DNA of 64,000 nucleotides from Rhizophagus irregularis (Eukaryota): NCBI RefSeq assembly GCF_026210795.1, contig NC_089435.1, positions 682,001 to 746,000 of the forward strand, read 5' to 3'. Shown piece by piece: positions 37,937 to 52,016 of this stretch (position 1 is its first letter; each line of letters starts with the position of its first letter). The notes under the pieces were generated by a model. It saw only the letters and a program-made list of their open reading frames with translations, ran no database searches and was not told where the DNA came from. The position numbers and the translations under genes were made by a program.

Positions 37937-40334
37937 TTTTACTCCTTTTTTTTTTTGAAAAAAATTTTTGACAATAAATAAAAATAAAAAGGGATAACAC
38001 GTGATGATGATTGTGAATGTTGTAAATTGTAATGCGTATACTTCATAAATTACGTATTCATGACATAAGTTTGTGATAGAAAATCAAAGAATTTCTATTA
38101 CTAATATATTTATATTTTAACACTATTTAAGTAAGTAAGAACTTGATTTGAATATTATTTAGGACATATTAATTTAAATGTTATAATACAAAACAAAACC
38201 GATTGTTTTACCTTCTCATTATGTAACTGCAATGTGATTTTTATTAGTAATGCGAATAATTTGTTGTTGTTATAATTAAAATATTAAACAAAAAAAATTT
38301 TGTTATTTGTAATATTAAAATTGCAATTATTTACTATAGAAGTTTTAAAAAGTTTTGACGGGCTATATCTAGTATGAGATATTAATAAAAATATATCCGG
38401 TTGATAAATTTTAGTTTTATCATGAAATTTATATCACTTTAAGAGATCGATTTTATAAAAGAAAATTCAAAAATTTGACTATTATTTGTAAGTAGAGATA
38501 ATTTTTTTAGTATATTATAATAGTAGTACAGATATTTAATTTTATTACCTGAAAAACTTCGTAATCTTTCACTAAGGTACTAACATTATGTTAATTAAAT
38601 TATTACTTTTTAAGTATTACCACCGTTTAAAACTTTCGGACGTTACTTCTTTGGTATTTGTGTAATGACACGGGTACAACTAAATTACACAACATTAATA
38701 TATTTAAGCGGCTCGTATTAAAATAAGTGAAGTTTGTGACGAAAATAGTCATTTGGACAACTACTACCGTATTTATATACATGTTAAACTCTTTCATATA
38801 ATATGAAATTCTTTGAATTATAATCTAAATATTATAATCTAAATGGGTTTGAATCAGATTTTCTTGGTAATTATATTTTTCTAAAAATTCAAAAATTCAT
38901 AATTCTGTTTATGAACCAAACACGTTTTATCAGAACATGCATAATGTTAACACCAAAAATGCAAGACAACTCATTATTTTATTGTATTTTACAGCATAAT
39001 ATATCGTAAGTAAAAAAGAGAATTATTTGCTTAATAATAAGTAAACGAAAGAGCTTATTTTAAGTTTATCCATTTATATTTTATAATTACTATATATTAT
39101 TAATATATTAAACTAATTACAATTTAGTATTAGTCCTATTATCTGGTGGATTGTTTTAAAAGTCATCTCGATTCCATTCATATACACTTCAATCATGAAA
39201 AGGTGAGCAATCTCGCGGGGACGAATAGTTAAGCTAATGAGATGGAAACGCGGTAACCTAGTAAGCTAATCATGTGTCACAGGCAAAGTCTCAAACTCTC
39301 GTATTTGTTTTATGTGCTACATCAATTCTATAACATAATAAAAAATTTACGCATAACATTGATCGTGGCTTGGCATCACATATTCCGTATATGTAATATC
39401 CAGTGTAGACTACAGTCTATTTTTTTCGGAAAAATCAATAAACAAAAATATTAGGTACACACAGACCAATCCTATTTCTTTTACATTCAGGTTTACAGAT
39501 GCCCATGACCAAAGTTTCGCATTCTTAATATTCCGTGGCGCAATGAAATCACTATCATCACATACCCGAAGTCTCGTTGCAAAGCTTGCTTCGGAATAAG
39601 ATAATAGATCCGAAATTAATTCTCGTTCTTTTACGAAAATTTTTTACATGGTTTATACTTTATACAGGCGGGAGTGATAAAGTTAGTTTCGAAAATAGAG
39701 AAGGATTATGTAGGTGGATATTTTATTTCAGAAATTCGATACATAGCAAAGAGAAAATCATTCGTTTAGGAAATAATGTTCGCATTAAATGGTCTGCACC
39801 CTCATGTCATATATTTCATTTATTTCGTCATATTGTACTCTATTTCGAAAAAATAAAGCATCACTGCATCGGAATATCAAATTTTTATTGTATGTAACAT
39901 TGCAACGTTTTAAAAAAATACATTACATGAAATCGCTACATTTACAATTACAGTTAAAAGCTACGAATTTGTTCTATTAATTACAATTTATCTTCGTAAC
40001 CTTAATATTTTTTCTCGCCTCCATAGGAATGTTTTTAACCTTATTATATAGATCATTTTCATCCTCAAATGGTCTTTCATTCTTGATGTCAAATGTAATT
40101 TTCTTTCCTATTCCTCTAATCGTTTTTAATTCGTATTCCTCAGCAATATTTGCATCCAATTGGTCGTTATCTATGCAACAAATGTAAGATTATAATGATA
40201 ACTATATAACACAATGATACTCATACCTGCAGCAAATTCAGCACGGGTCGAAAATGTATGCCCATAGAAGTCCTTAAAGTTTTCGCGATATACCACAAAA
40301 CAGTTTTCTGGTAAAGAGTTCAAACAATCTTTTG

Positions 40335-40629
40335 CCCTATAAAAAAAGAAAATTCGGAATCTGTCCTGAAAAGTATGGAAAATGTCCGGAAAATTTCCGT
40401 GCGTCCGGAAAACATTCAGAAACGGTCACGTTTTGGAACACTTTCCGGACGCACAAATTCCAGACATTTTCTTGACACTCCAGAATTTGTCCAGAATTTG
40501 TCCAGAATCGAGCGTCCAGAAAATGTTCCAAAACATGACCGTTTCCGAATGTTTTCCGGACGCACGGAAAATTTCCAGACATTTTCCATACTTTTCAGGA
40601 CAAATTCCGAATTTTCTTTTTTTATAGGG
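40335..40629. mobile_element. 295-bp foldback MITE, CCCTA..TAGGG, 3-bp TSD
   Basis: Almost entirely palindromic; TTG on both sides. Removing it restores CTNEPKTKDCLNSLPENCFVVY in the host gene. Confidence 0.93.
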
Positions 40630-41923
40630 TTGTCTTAGGTTCATTTGTGCATATAAAAAGAACCCAATGCTTAATGGGACTTTCGCTCTCAAATGATTTC
40701 TTCATAACTTCAAATGCATCATTAACTTTGTTGTACTCTTTATCCACCAACCCCTTAGATAAGGTTTGGGGCTGTCCAGCTGTGACATTTGAAGATTTAA
40801 CCTGAATTGCAATAAGATAATTATCTAAGAAAAAAAAGATATCCCATGGGGCTCCTTCACCATTCTTAAATACTGTGCCAAGCGACAAGTGCTCATTTTG
40901 CATTGTGTAAGGATATTGATATCCAAGTTCTACATAATATTTTTCCATAGTAGGGAGATGAAATCTATGATCCAAAAAGGTGAGATTACCGTAATATGCA
41001 CCTCTGAAAAGATTTTCTAACGTTACTGTTTCATATAACACTTTAAAGAGTTGAAGGCGTAAAACCCAAAATCGCATATTAAAATCTTCAAAACCCTGCC
41101 ACAAGACATAGGATTCTTGATCAAATATCACATCCCAAAATTTTCCTATTTCAAACTCATTGAGTGAGATTAATATCCACACCCACATATATGGCATGCG
41201 GACATAAAATAACATATTAGGATGGTGAGGTACTTCTTCCAAATTTATAATACCTTTTGATGAGAGGTCAACATAGGTGACACCTTTTCAATTTCATCAT
41301 TCTTGTTCACAGGAATGTTAAGGATAGATTGCGCAACTACTTGTTTCATACTAGCTAAAAATCTTCTAAATGGACATCGCTCTAAAAGTTCATTTCTGAC
41401 ACACCTCAGTATACATACATAATTCACTGTATGTGTACCGGAACTGATTTCTTTTGATAATAATTCATAATAAATCTCCAAAGCTCGTACATGCCCACCA
41501 ATATCACTAACACAGCAGTGTTGGAAGTTTTGTTGTTGTGATTGAAATTTGCTATATGTGAGTCAATGTTAATCATCTCTGTATTCGAAAGTAGACAGAG
41601 CGGTAGACGTAGAATATTATATCCCGATTCTATAATCATTTTCTCAAGAGGACCTTGTATCCTTCCAGCCAATATCGGTACATAGATTATTTTTCCTAGA
41701 GCTGTAGCTAACGACCCAACAGAATGTACTATTTCTTGAACTGGATTAACACTTGTTCTTGGTAATCCCATACTGTAAAGACACTTTAGCTCATCGATGC
41801 CAAGGATGGTAAGATCAATATCTCCACCAACATCTCTGATAACAACATTAAGTGCACTTTTAATTGAGAAACTGCGCCAATCACCAGAACACAAACACGC
41901 ACACATTGAAAAAAATCTTCATA

Positions 41924-42109
41924 CAGTTCACCCTCGCTATAGTGAAGCTCATGGGCTGAAGGTTAAGATTCACTATAGTAAGGGATTCACTATAGCGAAG
42001 GTGAACTGTATTAAGAATTATTATTTATATAGAAAATCCGTACCTGAGCTTTTCTTTACTATAGCAAATTATTCACTATATAAAAATTCACTATAGCGAG
42101 GGTGAACTG
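41924..42109. mobile_element. 186-bp Tc1/mariner-pogo-type MITE
   Basis: Perfect 23-bp TIR cagttcaccctcgctatagtgaa / ttcactatagcgagggtgaactg; TA on both sides; lies inside the CRN NTPase region. Confidence 0.93.
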
Positions 42110-44084
42110 TAGTCTATTGCTTTACTGGAAAGAAAGTGTTTATAAAGTATTCGCAATGCAACTGATGCAGGTCCAGCATAAATCTCATCCTCTAATGCAA
42201 TAAATCCTCCATTAAAAGTAACATTGACAGATAATATTTTTAAATTTTTCAATTCATCCACATTGTGATTCAGTAAAAGAGCCGGAAGCTCCTGGAGAAA
42301 TTGACTTTTCCCTGTGCCTGGTCCATTGGCCAGGATGGGAATATGATGAAGTTGTTTGTCATCCCTATTTTCCCTTATATATTTAAGTCTTTAACAAATC
42401 CCATTATGTGTTTCATTGCCATGAAGTAGTACTTTAAGTGTTTCATCTCGTCCTTGTAAAGGGAATTTGGCACTTACAAGCTAGTATAAAGTTAGTACAT
42501 GGTCTGAAACAAAGGAAATAGGTATAAAACAAAAATACCACAAGCTTCTTAATCTCACTAGGTCGTTTTAACTCTCTCATCCAGTTGTAAACCAAATTAA
42601 CATTTTTCCAATCAACCCCATCTATATGTATCAATAGTGGCGGTCATAATACAAAATTAAGACAACACAAGCTATTTAACTGGAGATACTTTACTTTGTG
42701 GAATGCCTTGCTGGGAGGGACCTGCTTTAACACGAAAAATGAGATCAGACTAAATCGATATTTTGTTTCTGCAAATTTCTTGTTCGAGTAGTAAAACATG
42801 GAGAGACGCTTACCAGTGTAGGTGGTTGCGATGACGGCAACAATTCTGATGTTATCTTCCTCCGTAGGTTCATATCCATCTTGAAAATAATTTATAAACT
42901 TGCATTGATGTTTCATAATTACGCCTCCAAGTTTTTAATATCTGCTTCAGTAGACCTAGGATTAAGCACACTTTTATCGATATCAACTTGCCAAAGAATT
43001 AGTATATCAGATCTTCCAAACATTCCTCTATGAGAGATAAGCCTTTCAAGTTGTTCAACTTTAAATTCCTCAAATGGAATTCTCTCATCATTAATTTTGA
43101 AGAATTTTTTATTGTCATTGTCATTTTCATTTTTGTAAACTTCAACCTAGAAAACATAACTATTATCTAGTCGCAAACAATTGTATGTTTCAACCATTTC
43201 GATTATATTTCTGTAATGATAAAAAAGTTATTTTAGTTTTAGCGAAAGAGGTTTTGAGAAATTAGAGAGCTGTTAAGGGTATACTATATATATACATCAT
43301 GGCAAACTTTTTGTGGCTTGTAGTGACGTAATGCCATAAAAATTAATAAGCATAGTAATTTATCAGTATATAAAAAAATTGATTGGGTATTTATTAAAAA
43401 AGGTGAACTTACAGAGTGGTCATATAATGACTAATCAGTATGGCTTTTTTACAGACAAATAAATTAATATAGTGCAGTACAGTTATACTATTTTCTCTGA
43501 GCCTGAACTCGTTTAAAGTATCGCAGTTTGAAAGAAGTTCCTGACAAGACTTACACTAATAAGGTAATAGGTATGAATGAAATATACTTTTTTAGTTATG
43601 GTCGTGCAAAGAAAACGATTCCAAGGATTTGCAAACGAATGATATTTTCTTGTACAGATTTCTGAGGATCTTACTAGAATCATGAATGCAAACAACATAA
43701 ATTTTCGACATAAGTTTAATGTTATGTTCTATGATTTAGTTATTTCCTGTTACTGCATATCTTGTATAACTGATGACCGTTTTATATTATCCAGAATATT
43801 GGTTATCATGGAGTTAATGTTGGGATAATGTGTATTAAGTAGTGTAGGTAAGCGAAAAACTGGTGTGGTCTATAGGCATTAGTATAGAAATACCATTTCA
43901 TTTTGTAAAACAAGTCTATATATCACTGAATCTTGTAATTTATTTTACATAAATAAATAAGTAATTCTGATGAGGATATTACCTCGTTTTTTTATTTATG
44001 CTAACGAACTTTTGAATTATTCCACCTTATATAAAAAATATTGTCGAACATGCAATCCATTGATTCATTGAGGGAATTAAATTC

Positions 44085-44500
44085 CAAGCTCTTAGCTGAG
44101 ATTGCAGCTTAGGAAGGATAATGCTGAGATTCCCGAACTTAGAGAAAAGGTTGCTGAGGATGAAGTTGAGAAAATGAAGCTGAGATAGGAACTTAAGGCT
44201 AGAACTTATGAGCTGGAGAAAACTATATTGCATTATTCAGTTGAGATTGGCAAACTTAATGTCACAATCGTAGAGCTAGAGAAAAATAGGGCAGTTACTA
44301 CTTACTACTAAACTCGAATCTGAGAATGCTGAGTTTCGAGATAGAATTACGAAAGTCGGTAGAACAGAGACAGATACAAAATGATAATGTTACCAAGGCA
44401 GCCAATTCTTCTAGTAACAGTAATAACAGTTCATTTAACTACAATTTAGTTGCAGAGGATCACGGGAAATCATTGATGGATGAGGAAAAGGATGGTTCCT
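44085..44500 (+). pseudogene. Coiled-coil protein gene relic
   Basis: LRKDNAEIPELREKVAEDEVEKMKLR*ELKARTYELEK and KLESENAEFRDRITKV, with stops and frameshifts. Confidence 0.4.
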
Positions 44501-45586
44501 TTTAATATTCCGAGCTAAACCATTTTATGATTGGCGAAATGTTTCGTCTTATAAGGTAAACTTCCGAAACTACGTCCAAACTTCCGTAACATGCCATAAT
44601 TTCCGAAACATTTATTTTTAAAATACTTATATCTGAAATTTCCGAAACTTATTTATTGTGATTAAGAGCATCTCCCTCAACGTGATTGAATGATGATGTC
44701 ATTGTGTTCAAGTATCACAATCAATAGAAATATCAATAGAATTAAAAGCTTGAGAAAGCTTTTTTTTTTTTGAGCTACATGATTTCATTTGGTTACGAAT
44801 TTTTTTTCAGATAAATTTTAGAGTGTGAGGTACAATAATGAAAAAGTGTTGTAAAAAAACATGTAAAATCTTGAACGAGCTTGAGCATACTCTATCAATT
44901 GTAGATCATTGAAGAAAAAAGGTGGTTTGCAACTCATTTGTTTTTTCATCGAAATGGTAACTCTCTGATATTTTTTTGGCCAATCAGATCGTTCATCAGT
45001 CTATCAATTGAGGTGCTTGAGAACGCTCTAAATGTAAATAAAAAATAAAGTAAATTAAAGTTTAAAATTTATTATTTGTTTATTGAATTCTTTATTATTA
45101 TTAGCAAACAAACTTTACATATCATCTGTATCAGGGTCCCATTCCATACTACTTTCATTTTCTGATATAACTATTATTATCTTGAATATTTTCCTCCTCC
45201 ATATCTATATTGTCAGTGTTACATTGCATAAATGCGATGTTATATTTGACCTAAAATTTTCACCCGATTTTGGGCCGGCATTACGAATTTGGCCGGAATT
45301 AAGAATATTTTGGCCGGAATTATAATTTAAAGATCGTACATATACTATATCTAATGATAAAGCTTCGCCACAATTTTTTTATATCTTATATAATAAAAAA
45401 AATTAGAGTGTTACATTGATATTATTATATTTAAATTCGAATGTTAAAATTTCCAAGCAATTTTCAAAATGAAGCATCTCAAATTTAGGTCTAATTAGTT
45501 TTCTTTAAACAGAAAAAATTTTAATTGCAAAAATTTAATTAATTAACAAAAGCATTATACAATGTCAATTTACAAGTGTTAACCTT

Positions 45587-46070
45587 CTTAAAGTTTCCAA
45601 GAAACATAATTACTTAACAAAATTAACGAATGAACTGACAAATTACTATAATTTTGAATTACAACTCAAAATTTCTGAGTTATTTGCAATTTGTTTTAAT
45701 AATTTGATTAAATATTTAATTAGTATATTATTCATAAATAATAAAGATGCCTTTGAAAATCATATAAAAAAGTTACAGACAAAGAGATCACAAAATTGTG
45801 ATTCAAAATTCAAAACAAGTAGGTAGGTAATTGTTTCTTTATTATGCAGGTTTAATTTATTTAATTTATTTTCTTGGTGATGGTTTGGTTATTTAGATAG
45901 TCTATATAAGATTTAATTTACGGTAGTTGTTTGTTAATCTTGAATTATCTGGTGAATTGTCTAAAAGTTGCCTTGATTTTATTCACATAAACTCCAATTA
46001 TTGGAAAATAAAGCCAGAAAATCGTTAAAAATGATAAAAATATTACCCATTAAAGGAGTATAATAATAAC
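45587..46070 (+). repeat. Diverged non-coding duplicate of ~61565-62025
   Basis: Colinear shared blocks: cttaacaaaattaacgaatgaa, tcaaaatttctga, agtaggtaggtaatt, gtagttgtttgttaat, ccattaaagga. Confidence 0.75.
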
Positions 46071-46996
46071 AAGAAGTCATTTTCACAGGGAAGCTTAACA
46101 TGCTTTTAAAGATTTTTTAAGTTGAAAGTTATTGTAAAAACAAGTAAATTAAGTATAGAGAAATGGCAGATTTCAAGTTTATTATAAGTTACAATGAAAT
46201 GTTTAAAATAAATTAATTTATAAATGTTTAAAAAATTTCTTCTTTTCATAAAATAATAAAAGGTATTTATTCTACTTTTCCTCAAAAAAAAAAAAAAAAA
46301 AAAAAAAATTTTCATCATAAAAAAAATTTTGATTTAACTGATTCATGATAATTCTATTATTAATAATATATTAATAAATATATTTTTCCAATCTCTTATT
46401 ACATGATATATTAAATAAATTTTCTTATAAATCAGAATTATAAATTATTACAAATCAATATTTAAATTAACAATATGATAATTTAAGTATAAGAATTTTA
46501 ATATTAATTTCGCATTTTTATACATTAAATACAGTATTTATTGAATTTACTTAAGAAATTTTTTAGATGAAATTTTCCTACAGTAATATAAATATATTTT
46601 GCTTGTTCAATTGCCAGTATTGTTTCTTACCATATTATTGAATTTCACAGCCGCCGATCTGCCGAATGTATGTGATAGTTTTGGCGCTGCTAGATGGGTC
46701 TTTTATATAATATGCATTCCGGATATATTATGACTTATTTAAATTTATCTCATGTTTACTAATTGGTCATCAGTGATTTTTTTGATGATACATTCATGCC
46801 TGTAATTTTTCTGATGATATTTTTCGTGCTCACGTGTTTTTATAGTTTATTTATACCTTTTCCACTATTTCCCATCACTGGACGTTAGTCTCCAATTCAC
46901 GGCTGTGCCGTGAAAATCATTGGTATTGTTTTTACTTAATTCTGTCGACTGTCGGTATAGAATCAGTATTTTCTTACATCTTTTTGTAATAAAAAA

Positions 46997-48700
46997 ATGG
47001 AAGGAAGTTCAAGTCAGGTAAATTATTATTTTAAGCAAACATTAAAAATTTAGTCAATTATAAATCATTTTTCATTAGAATTAATTTTATATAATAATAG
47101 AATGGAAGTTCTACCAATACTGCTCCTGGTAACCTAGAAAATAATAACTCTCTTTCGTATAAAACGATTTTGTATGAAAATATGTTCAACAATCGTATCC
47201 TTCTTAAATTAGGAGAAGATGGATTCATCACGCCTGATGAAAAGGCAAAAGAACTTATTAAGGAACTATCCGAAATAAAGTATTTATATGCTCTGAAGAT
47301 GCTTTTTGAAAACTTGCAAAATGAATTTTCATCTCAAGTTTTAGCAAATTCATTAGAAGCTTTAGTTGATACTCCTTTTAATCATTATTCAAAAGAAAGT
47401 GTTGCTAGATTAGAATTACATTTAAGAGCTTTGGTTACCGTCTTAGAACGGATATGTTTTTCACCGATAGTACTTAGTAAAGTACTTCGAGACAAAGTTT
47501 ATAATTCTTTAGCAAAATTTGCAGAAATTCATCGTAAAACAACTCAAGTTATCGAAATAGGACTTGATAATAATTTTAGACGAAATTTCAATCAATTCAA
47601 TCAACAAAGTAATAATCAAGATGAACAAATCATTAAAAAGCGTAATTATAATATTGATTTTTTATTAATCCATTTGCGAGATACTCTTCATAGTTTACGT
47701 GATGATGAAACTTGGTTTTAAGAAATTATACGAAGAGTTAGAGACTTACTTAAAACTGCATTGAATATTACACCAGGAATTCTAACAATGGCAGGAATCA
47801 ATCTTCCAAATGATTGTTCAATCTTATCAATGTTTACTCAAATACGTCAAAGTTTAAGTTTTAAATATCCGGTAGCATCTTATTATGTAGATTGGAGAAT
47901 TATGTTAATAATTCAAAATAATCTTTTCATTTGGTCTGAAAGTTCTGAAAAGATTATTAGTAAAAAATTTAATGAATTGGTACTTATGGATTATATTTGG
48001 AGCTTTTTGGAAAGAGAATGGGGTAATTCTGCAGACAAATCTATTTTAGATTCTCAAACAAAATTTGATGAAGTATCAAATAAAGTCGTCAAGACTTTGA
48101 TAAATGCTGGAGGCATTTTAAATGATCTTTCTGGAAATGAACCTATTGCATTACCACATACTTTGTGGTTTGGAATATTAGACCTTGCACAAAATCTTAT
48201 CCAAAGATCATCCCGAATAGCAACATATGGTCTTTGTTATTATTTAGCAATTGAATCACTTAATAAAGCACCAAGTAGTTTTATTCAGTTTAAATCTACT
48301 GAATTATTATTACATTTATATAATATTGATAGTGAAATGTTTTCAATGATTGAAATTGATTTTGATCAATACACACAAAAATTAAGTGAAAATAATTTAG
48401 AAGATGTTTTAGAAAATTTCGAAACTTATTAACTTTTGTCAAAGAGAAATATCATGAAGATTTAAAAATTTTAATAATATTGGAAAAGGAAAAGAGGGAA
48501 AAGGAAAAAGTTTAAATCAAAATTCATATTTAAAGAAAAAACAAACAGTAAATTCTAATATTTTAAATGTTATAGCAGATGAAATTACTTATTTCTTTTA
48601 ATTAGATGTAAAATACATATTGAATTGAGCAAGTATTATGAAGCTAAAGGAGATTTGGATATGTTATTTAAATTTAGTGATAAATACATCAGTGCAAAAT
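46997..48700 (+). pseudogene. Uncharacterised alpha-helical protein pseudogene
   Basis: Exon 46997-47017 (MEGSSSQ), GT-AG intron to 47100, long frame with one TAA at 47719-47721 (TWF*EIIRRV), frameshifts after ~48420, then truncation. Confidence 0.7.
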
Positions 48701-50354
48701 ACATTTTTCTACAGATCAACGAATATAATGTTGGAAACTGCTGGTAACTCATTCAAAATCACAATTTAGAAACGTTTATGTCATGTTGAATTATTAAGAT
48801 ATAGACATATTATTTGTTCCCATACCTGGATTTGAAATGAAGCCAATGATAGACTTTATTTATGCCATACATAGCCTTACTGTCATTAATATAATACATA
48901 GTCTCTATTGTCATGAATTACGAAATACTATATTGTCCCGTGTTGTTTTTTGAATCTGTAATCTGAAAAACTAACCTCATTTGGCATTATGACCAGATTA
49001 CCAGATTATCAACATTTTACGGTAAAGGCGATGCAATAGTTATTGCTGATTGTTATTGATGAGTCACAATTAGAGATCTAGATTTCACCGATCTATAGAT
49101 GATAAAAGTAGCTTCACATGATGATAGACAGATAGTATCTTATAATTTATTAATAAAGACTGATATTTTACTAATTGTTCTCTGTGTATTTTTGTTGTGA
49201 ATTGGTCACTACAGGTGCACCAAGAAAGGTAGCACTGACTACTGACAGACAATTCCAGAAATATATTTTGTAATAAAACCTTTTAATTTACCCTATATTT
49301 TATTTTTGTTTATACAAAACTGGTGGCATCTATTCCAGTTAAGATAACAACATGTAAATAAATAATCTATAAGAGTAAATCATATTGATCATACATTATA
49401 AGCCACAATTATACATTATTAGTCATTAAGTTAGCTCATATTACTAGTTTTAGATTAAGTAATTTATAAATTAATTGATGTAATAAATGTGACTCATATG
49501 ACTCATACATGATCTTGATTTTTCTTATGAATCATAATAAATTATTATTAGTCACATAAGATTTTTACAAGTATATATACCCTTAAATTTTCTCAAGGAA
49601 AATTCAAATTTTCTCAAATATTAAATCCAAATTTTCTGTATCAAATATTTTTCAAACACAATTTTCAATCAAATATTTTCCAAACAAGTTTTCAATCAAA
49701 CATTAAATCTGAATTTTCTATATCAAATTATCAAATCCAAATTTCAATTCAATATTAAAATTTCAATTTAAAATTAATTCAAAAATGTCTTATCAATTGT
49801 GTCCTAACATTATCAATACTGTTCTCAATGAAATTCCCCTCAACAAATGCTACCACCATTATCAACCAACTGAATCAACCTTCCAATATCTACCATCATT
49901 TGCCATATATTTTTACATTCTTTTTATTATTTTACTCATGTCTACTGATATTATCAAATATATAATTATCCTAATTCTTCTTTCATTAAAACTCTCTTGT
50001 GCTGTTACAATCTTCCTTCTTACCCGACTTCTTTCATTTCCCAATGTATTACATTCTTTTGAACATTTATTATTCTCTCTATTATTATCACTTCTCCTTT
50101 ATTTATTATCTATATTATTATCAATCCTTCTCCATTTTCTTTATTTTCTCAATTGCATAATTTATATTCTTCTTTTTTCTTATCTATTTTGTAAATACTA
50201 TTCTACTTTTAATCCCACAGTAGTTTAGTCATCTTTTTCTTTCATTATTTTCTATTTTTCAAAATTATCTTATATTATGTAGCTAGGTCCATTGCTTACC
50301 AAATATAGCATGGAGACATAATCTTTACCCTTTGGTCAACTTGGGATTACTTGG

Positions 50355-50560
50355 CCATTCTTAGATAGATAATTTTTACAAGGGGATCGTTTGCATCGCC
50401 CTTAATTGGTGTCAGAGAGATCCTTTGTCTTGTAAAAATTTACCCTTTCTTGATCATTTGACCATTCTTAGATAGATAAATTTTACAAGGGGATCGTTTG
50501 CATCGCCCTTAATTGGTGTCAGAGAGATCCTTTGTCTTGTAAACATTTATCTTTCTTTGA
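50355..50560. repeat. Two tandem 107-bp units, each an internal stem-loop
   Basis: ccattcttagatagat at 50355 and 50462; each unit contains tttacaag-gggatc...gatcc-tttgt-cttgtaaa. Confidence 0.8.
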
Positions 50561-52016
50561 TCATTTGATCTATCTCATGTGATTTCATTTTTCACATGTG
50601 ATACCCTTTATTTTATTCCTTTGTTGAGTTCTTTCCTTAATAACTTATTAACTCAACAATTATCCATCACCGTTGGTTCCACAATTTCTGTGTCCAAGTT
50701 CAATTCTTGGAGGTGATTTTCTTACTTACTAATTAGTTTGTCTTCAGTTTTCCATTGGGTTTGGTATAGTGTCTCCCTGCTTGTTAATTTATTTCTCTGA
50801 TTCATTGTAGTCCAGAGTAGTATTTTTTTGCGCAAATAATTTTTATTTTTTTTTATTTTAACATGATGACAGAACGAAGGTACAACATCATGTATCACTC
50901 TAAAATAAATAAATGTCAAAAGTGGTGGTTTTGAGGTTGACATCGAAGGTAAGATTATTGTTGTCTTAATTATTATAATTTAATTCGAAAATGCAACAAT
51001 CAACATATTTATTGATACATATGATCATTACTTTTATTTGCTTTTCTTAATTCAATATATTCTGTCTTTTAACCTCCCATGCACACTCTTAAAAATAATT
51101 GGGTTTTAAAACAAAAAATCGAATTTAATTAATATGAAAAACATTTTACTGCACGATTATAATATCAAAAAAAAATTTATAGAATTATAAAGGTATCAAA
51201 CAACCGTTGACATTCAAATAAAATTTTTTTTGTATTTTCATTTTTGTTAAATTCAATAAAATTATAGTATTGTCGCAAAATACAACAATAGTTGCATTCT
51301 TAATTTCCAAACACCCAGTCCCAGCTCAAGCATAGATTGTTGTGAAATTCTATGATGATAAAACAGCATGGTTACTTTTAGTATTTGATACCATGTAATA
51401 GTTATTGAGTTTAACTCAGGTAAATATTTTATAAAGAGTACCCGAGTACCCAATCAGAAAGGCTAAATGTGACATCATTATGATTTTAATTTTACTAGTA
51501 TTTATCATATTTATCAACAAAAATCCCAAAGATAAACTTTGATTCTTTTAAACACTATAAAATAATCTGACAAATATTCAATAGTTAAAATATAAAATAT
51601 ATTTATTATTATAACTTATGATATATATATTTTGCAACAAAAGTAATGTTGAAGCTTAATTAAATACTTTAATTTAATTTATTATATGGTCATTGAATTT
51701 TTCAAATCAAATTTCTTTGAAGCAAATTACTCAAGATCCTATAAAAATGCAGATTTTGATGTTAGTAATATTAGCATATTTTTTCAGCAAGCGTGGATGG
51801 ATTTTTAAATAACTTTTATATCACATTCCTAAGTCTCATAGAAAAACATGTAGTGTATGATTCTTCTATGGATATAAACCAGTTATTTCGCGGATTAGCC
51901 TTGATCTCATTACCGTCACGGTAGATCGATTCCCTATTTCTTTTATTCACTTGAAAGATGAAACAATACCTTAATTATAGTTTAAAGATATACAGATCAT
52001 TAATATTGAATCATAT

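Larger units (their letters stand above)
39977..43197 (-). pseudogene. Crinkler-type pseudogene: CRN header, P-loop NTPase, PD-(D/E)xK-like nuclease, helix-hairpin-helix
   Basis: ATG at 43197; ILWQVDI and IRIVAV header motifs; NGPGTGKSQFLQE at ~42290-42327; ILGIDE Walker-B-like; WDIFF...IQVKSS; terminal exon ELKTIRGIGKK. Carries stops, frameshifts and two MITE insertions. Confidence 0.75.

Noticed and set aside
40337..40692. Four similar ORFs on both strands
   Set aside because: Artefacts of the palindromic MITE.
44535..45325. Short motif clusters (ttccgaaac, ttggccggaatt) as transposon ends; similar cluster at ~59670-59830
   Set aside because: No paired termini or TSD could be identified.
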